NCBI GenBank assembly: GCA_024688505.1
Contig: JAILDZ010000064.1
Location: 1 to 62,675 of the forward strand
DNA length: 62,675 nt
DNA from: Lachnospiraceae bacterium
Lineage (GTDB): Bacteria; Bacillota; Clostridia; Lachnospirales; Lachnospiraceae
Direction: 5' to 3'
Positions 59,329 to 62,675 of the stretch are shown piece by piece. Within the stretch, counting starts at the first letter, position 1. Every line of letters begins with the position of its first letter. The translations under genes were made by a program, and so were the position numbers. The notes beneath the pieces are model-generated. The model worked only from the letters and a program-made list of their open reading frames with translations, did not search any database and had not been told where the DNA came from.

Positions 59329-60318
59329 TTAAGACTCGTAACAGTACTTATTATCAGGATCTTTGCTTAAGTGTTCCCTGCCTGCGGGCTCTTCCCAGAT
59401 GGAAAGGTCCGGTCCGAGAGGCAGGATATTAAGAGGATTAGTCTTAAGACAACACAGATGATAGTGCTTCTTTATCGCAAGAAAATCCGTGTTCTTTCCG
59501 AATGCATCCTCTGCGTAAAGATCTCTCGCATATCCCCAAAGGGCGGGATAATCCTTAAGCATTCTCTCATTCACCCTGAAACCGTTAAAATATGCAATGT
59601 CAAATCTGGCCAGTGTCACATAGAGTCTCACATCGGATTCCGTGATGTAGTCTCCGAACAAAAATCTCTTTTCTGTCAGACGTTCTTCCAGCTTATCAAA
59701 GGCATTAAATACCAGATGATATGCTTCCTCATAAGCCTCCTGGCTCTGAGCGAACCCGGCCTTATATACACCGTTATTCACATCATGGAATATGAACTGA
59801 TTGAGCTCATCTATATCTTTCCTGAGCTCCTCCGGATACAGATTCGGTGCATGGGGCTTATGATACTTCTTCCACTCTGTTTCAAAATAAAGAGTGAGGT
59901 TAAAGTAGTCATTATTTACCACAGCGCCTGTAGTGATGTCAACAAGTGCGGGCACTGTGAATCTGCCTTCATAGTCAGGATCTGCCTTCTTATACGCTTC
60001 ACTGAGGAGCTTAATGCCAAGCACCGGATCCTTATCACCCGGATCCAGAGTGAAGGACCAGTCTGACCAGGGCACGTCCGGTCTGATGGGGTCCAGTGTC
60101 CCCACAGATATCACATCTTCAAGTCCCAGGATGGAACGAACTATGATGGAACGATTGGCCCAGGGGCATACGGGAGCCCAAAGCAGCCTGTATCTTCCGG
60201 CTTCCACGGGAAGCTTACCCTCACCCTCGCCAAAGGGTGTGGTGAACTTATTCTTCTGTCTTTCAAATTTTCCGCTATTACTTATTTCTTTAGTGGTCAC
60301 ATGATCTACTACTGCCAT
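59329..60318 (-). CDS. Glutathionyl-hydroquinone reductase-like GST (YqjG/Xi class), copy 1
   Basis: EAGRYRL..CPWANR, FTVP, VNN, VNNGVYKAGFA, RLYVTLARFD. Start moved to ATG 60318. Confidence 0.9.
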   Translation of the reverse strand: MAVVDHVTTKEISNSGKFERQKNKFTTPFGEGEGKLPVEAGRYRLLWAPVCPWANRSIIVRSILGLEDVISVGTLDPIRPDVPWSDWSFTLDPGDKDPVLGIKLLSEAYKKADPDYEGRFTVPALVDITTGAVVNNDYFNLTLYFETEWKKYHKPHAPNLYPEELRKDIDELNQFIFHDVNNGVYKAGFAQSQEAYEEAYHLVFNAFDKLEERLTEKRFLFGDYITESDVRLYVTLARFDIAYFNGFRVNERMLKDYPALWGYARDLYAEDAFGKNTDFLAIKKHYHLCCLKTNPLNILPLGPDLSIWEEPAGREHLSKDPDNKYCYES

Positions 60319-60332
60319 TTTTTCTATCTCCC

Positions 60333-61322
60333 TCAAATCTTAAGCGGTCCGAACTTCTCCGCCCTGTTATTCGGCTCTTCCCAAAGGCTGTTATCCGGTC
60401 CCAGCGGGAGGATATTATCCGGGTTTTCGGTGGCTCCCAGGAGATATCCTCTCTTTATGGCATCGAAATCCGTAGCCTCCTTAAATGCAGGTATGGAATA
60501 GAGTTCCCTGGAATAATTCCAGAGGTTTTCATAATCCCTGATCCTCTTTTTATTCAGTCTGAAACCGAAATAATATGCGGTGTCAAACCTGGCCAGTGTC
60601 ACATAGAGCCTGATATCCGAATCAGTGAGACGGTCTCCGAAGAGAAATCTGTTCTTTGACAGATGTTCTTCCAGCTTATCCAGACGGTTAAACACCAGAT
60701 GATAATTCAGTTCGTACTGCTCCTGAGTCTTTGCAAAACCGGCTTTATATACTCCGTTATTTATCTCATTAAAGATCACTTCATTAAGAGAATCTATCTC
60801 GCTTCGAAGATCCTCCGGGTAGAGGTCCGGGGCACCCTCCTTATGAAAGGGTTTCCATACAGTCTCCCAAAATTTCGTGAGATGGTGATAGTCATTATTC
60901 ACTATCTTCATCTCTTTCACATCCACCACAGTCGGTACTGTGGCTCTGCCTTCATATTCGGGATCTGTCTTTGCGTATATCTCCGGAAGAAATCTGATAC
61001 CGAGGACAGGATCCACTCCGTCTTTATCCAGAGAAAATTCCCAGCCGGAATCCGTCCTTTGAGGTGCCACCTTTCCCACGCTTATCACATCTTCTCCTAT
61101 GCCAAGGAGCTTAAATGCGATGATCTGTCTGGTGGCCCAGGGGCAAAGTGGTGTCCATATCAGTCTGTATCTGCCGGCCTCCACGGGAAGCTGTCCGGGC
61201 TCATTTCCGAAAGGTGTGGTGAAACGGTTCTGCTGTCTCACAAAAGCACCGTTATCACTGATCTCGCCTTTGTCTTCACTGGTGGCCACCTTGCCGAAAG
61301 TCTTTATGTCGTTATCACTCAT
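60333..61322 (-). CDS. Glutathionyl-hydroquinone reductase-like GST, copy 2
   Basis: EAGRYRL..CPWATR, ATVP, INNGVYKAGFA, RLYVTLARFD. Start ATG 61322 with AGGAGG. Confidence 0.9.
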   Translation of the reverse strand: MSDNDIKTFGKVATSEDKGEISDNGAFVRQQNRFTTPFGNEPGQLPVEAGRYRLIWTPLCPWATRQIIAFKLLGIGEDVISVGKVAPQRTDSGWEFSLDKDGVDPVLGIRFLPEIYAKTDPEYEGRATVPTVVDVKEMKIVNNDYHHLTKFWETVWKPFHKEGAPDLYPEDLRSEIDSLNEVIFNEINNGVYKAGFAKTQEQYELNYHLVFNRLDKLEEHLSKNRFLFGDRLTDSDIRLYVTLARFDTAYYFGFRLNKKRIRDYENLWNYSRELYSIPAFKEATDFDAIKRGYLLGATENPDNILPLGPDNSLWEEPNNRAEKFGPLKI

Positions 61323-62247
61323 GATCTTCCTCCTGTATTTCATCACTGAATCTGTATCCCTTCGGTAACACAAATTCCTTTTCTATCTCTATGGGCATAT
61401 CGGGATTTGACGGATAGAGAAGTGCTGTCTTATTTCTTCTAAAGGGTCTTCTGTTATAGAATCCCACTCCCCCCGGATGGGTGTTTAAGAATATATTCTG
61501 TCCGGGCATTTTTTCAGCAAGCCTTCTCACCACTTCCATTCCGATATGAAGTCCCTGATATTCCGGGTCTGTGGCCACATTAAGGATGAAGCCCTGACTT
61601 ACACCGTCTGACAGTGCTCTGGCGCATCCCACCAGTATGTCATTTGCAAATGCAAGGACCACGTGTTGGCTTTCTTCAAAAGTCCTTTTCGTCACATTCA
61701 CATCTCTTTCGTGACCTCCGAAAGCAATGGACAGTATCTCATTTATCCTTAGATAATCGGCATACTCTGTGCCGTATTCATATCGCATGGTGATCTTTGA
61801 TCTATCGATGCTGCTCTTCTTCCCCTCAGGAAAATCTCCCACCACCGGATAGAATTCCGTTTCATATCTGTACCCTATCGGTAAGAAGAATCCTTTATCC
61901 AGTAGTCCGCTGTCTATGGCCTCGTCATTTTCTCCTGCATATGTGAATGCATTCTTGGAACGTTTAAAGCCATGTTCCTCATATAATGAGAGAGTGTCAA
62001 CATCCGTATACGAGAATATCTCATGCCCCTGAAATCTGTTTTTCACGCGCTCTATGAGTTTTCCCGCTACACCCTCTTCATCATATTCCGGCAGCACATT
62101 CACATCATAAAGCAGTGTCCATGCTTCATTATCCGTGAGCACCTTTGCGCCGCCTATATGTTTCTCATCATCGTATGCCTCCAGGGTATACAGGCTTTTG
62201 GAAGCATGTCCTATAATCTCCTCTATGCCCTGAAATATCTTTCCCAT
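61315..62247 (-). CDS. Tandem GNAT acetyltransferase
   Basis: Two repeats: VNVLPEYDEEGVA..LYEEHGF and VATDPEYQGLHIG..FYNRRPF, each ending FxLPxGYR. Confidence 0.75.
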   Translation of the reverse strand: MGKIFQGIEEIIGHASKSLYTLEAYDDEKHIGGAKVLTDNEAWTLLYDVNVLPEYDEEGVAGKLIERVKNRFQGHEIFSYTDVDTLSLYEEHGFKRSKNAFTYAGENDEAIDSGLLDKGFFLPIGYRYETEFYPVVGDFPEGKKSSIDRSKITMRYEYGTEYADYLRINEILSIAFGGHERDVNVTKRTFEESQHVVLAFANDILVGCARALSDGVSQGFILNVATDPEYQGLHIGMEVVRRLAEKMPGQNIFLNTHPGGVGFYNRRPFRRNKTALLYPSNPDMPIEIEKEFVLPKGYRFSDEIQEEDHE

Positions 62248-62675
62248 CACATTATCTCCTCTACCTTTTTCCTGTGTGCATCTTTTGCAGTAGAGATAAA
62301 TATCTGCTCTTCTTTGAATCCGGGATCTCCCTCATAAGGTATTAAAAGCGCCTTTTCCTTTTTTGCTTCATCCTTCGGAACCGCTCTTCCTGATGCCACA
62401 TCCAGTATGAATTCAAACAGTCTTTTCCCGGTTTCTTCGAGTGGCTCGCCTTTTAATGCACTTCCCGCATCGAAATCGATCAGATACTCAGGCTTCAAAA
62501 ACGTCTCCGGATTTCCGGTTTCCCTGATGTTCAAAAGATGCGGTATCTCGTCGTAAAGGAAACCGACTCCTGAAACCAGGACATTTATATGAGCTCCGGA
62601 CATGGCTCCGTATATTCCCGTTGATGAAGGTGCACCGCATCTTTGATCCAGAAGATATACTCCGGGTATCCCGGG
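62247..62675 (-). CDS. C-terminal part of a UxaA/GarD/SuyB family dehydratase/lyase (5' end outside the window)
   Basis: Frame is open to the window end; PGVYLLD, GAHINV..SG.G, GN, IDFDAG, ILDVASG motifs. Confidence 0.65.
   Translation of the reverse strand, partial: PGIPGVYLLDQRCGAPSSTGIYGAMSGAHINVLVSGVGFLYDEIPHLLNIRETGNPETFLKPEYLIDFDAGSALKGEPLEETGKRLFEFILDVASGRAVPKDEAKKEKALLIPYEGDPGFKEEQIFISTAKDAHRKKVEEIM

Overview
Chromosomal segment from a Firmicute, probably a Lachnospiraceae/Butyrivibrio-like anaerobe (inferred from gene content). Almost all genes lie on the minus strand. The housekeeping backbone comprises rlmD, pcrA, yerC, asnA, asnS, nfnAB, argS, glnS, lgt, queA, pheST, tRNA-Arg(ACG), a likely 6S RNA, and queT with a preQ1-I riboswitch. 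Three accessory blocks are interleaved. (1) An exosortase XrtG/Firmicu-CTERM locus with a processive GT2, a GT-C-like membrane protein, two Cys-less QueD paralogs and an adjacent diguanylate cyclase (10.1-19.8 kb). (2) A tightly coupled 8-gene phosphorelay operon with no DNA-binding output: three hybrid kinases (one fused to a DegV domain), two ABC-less BMP proteins, an AGCS symporter and a REC-GGDEF (20.3-34.4 kb). (3) A sulfur/glutathione-conjugate cluster with tandem glutathionyl-hydroquinone-reductase-like GSTs (55.8-62.7 kb). The most striking sequence-level signal is a family of palindromic elements with unrelated arms but a shared CCGCAGG/CCGAGG core. Two copies are intergenic (36.8 and 44.4 kb) and two are inserted in frame inside queA, adding about 75 aa. 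No CRISPR array, transposase or prophage was seen. All calls are by eye from motifs; no database searches were run.
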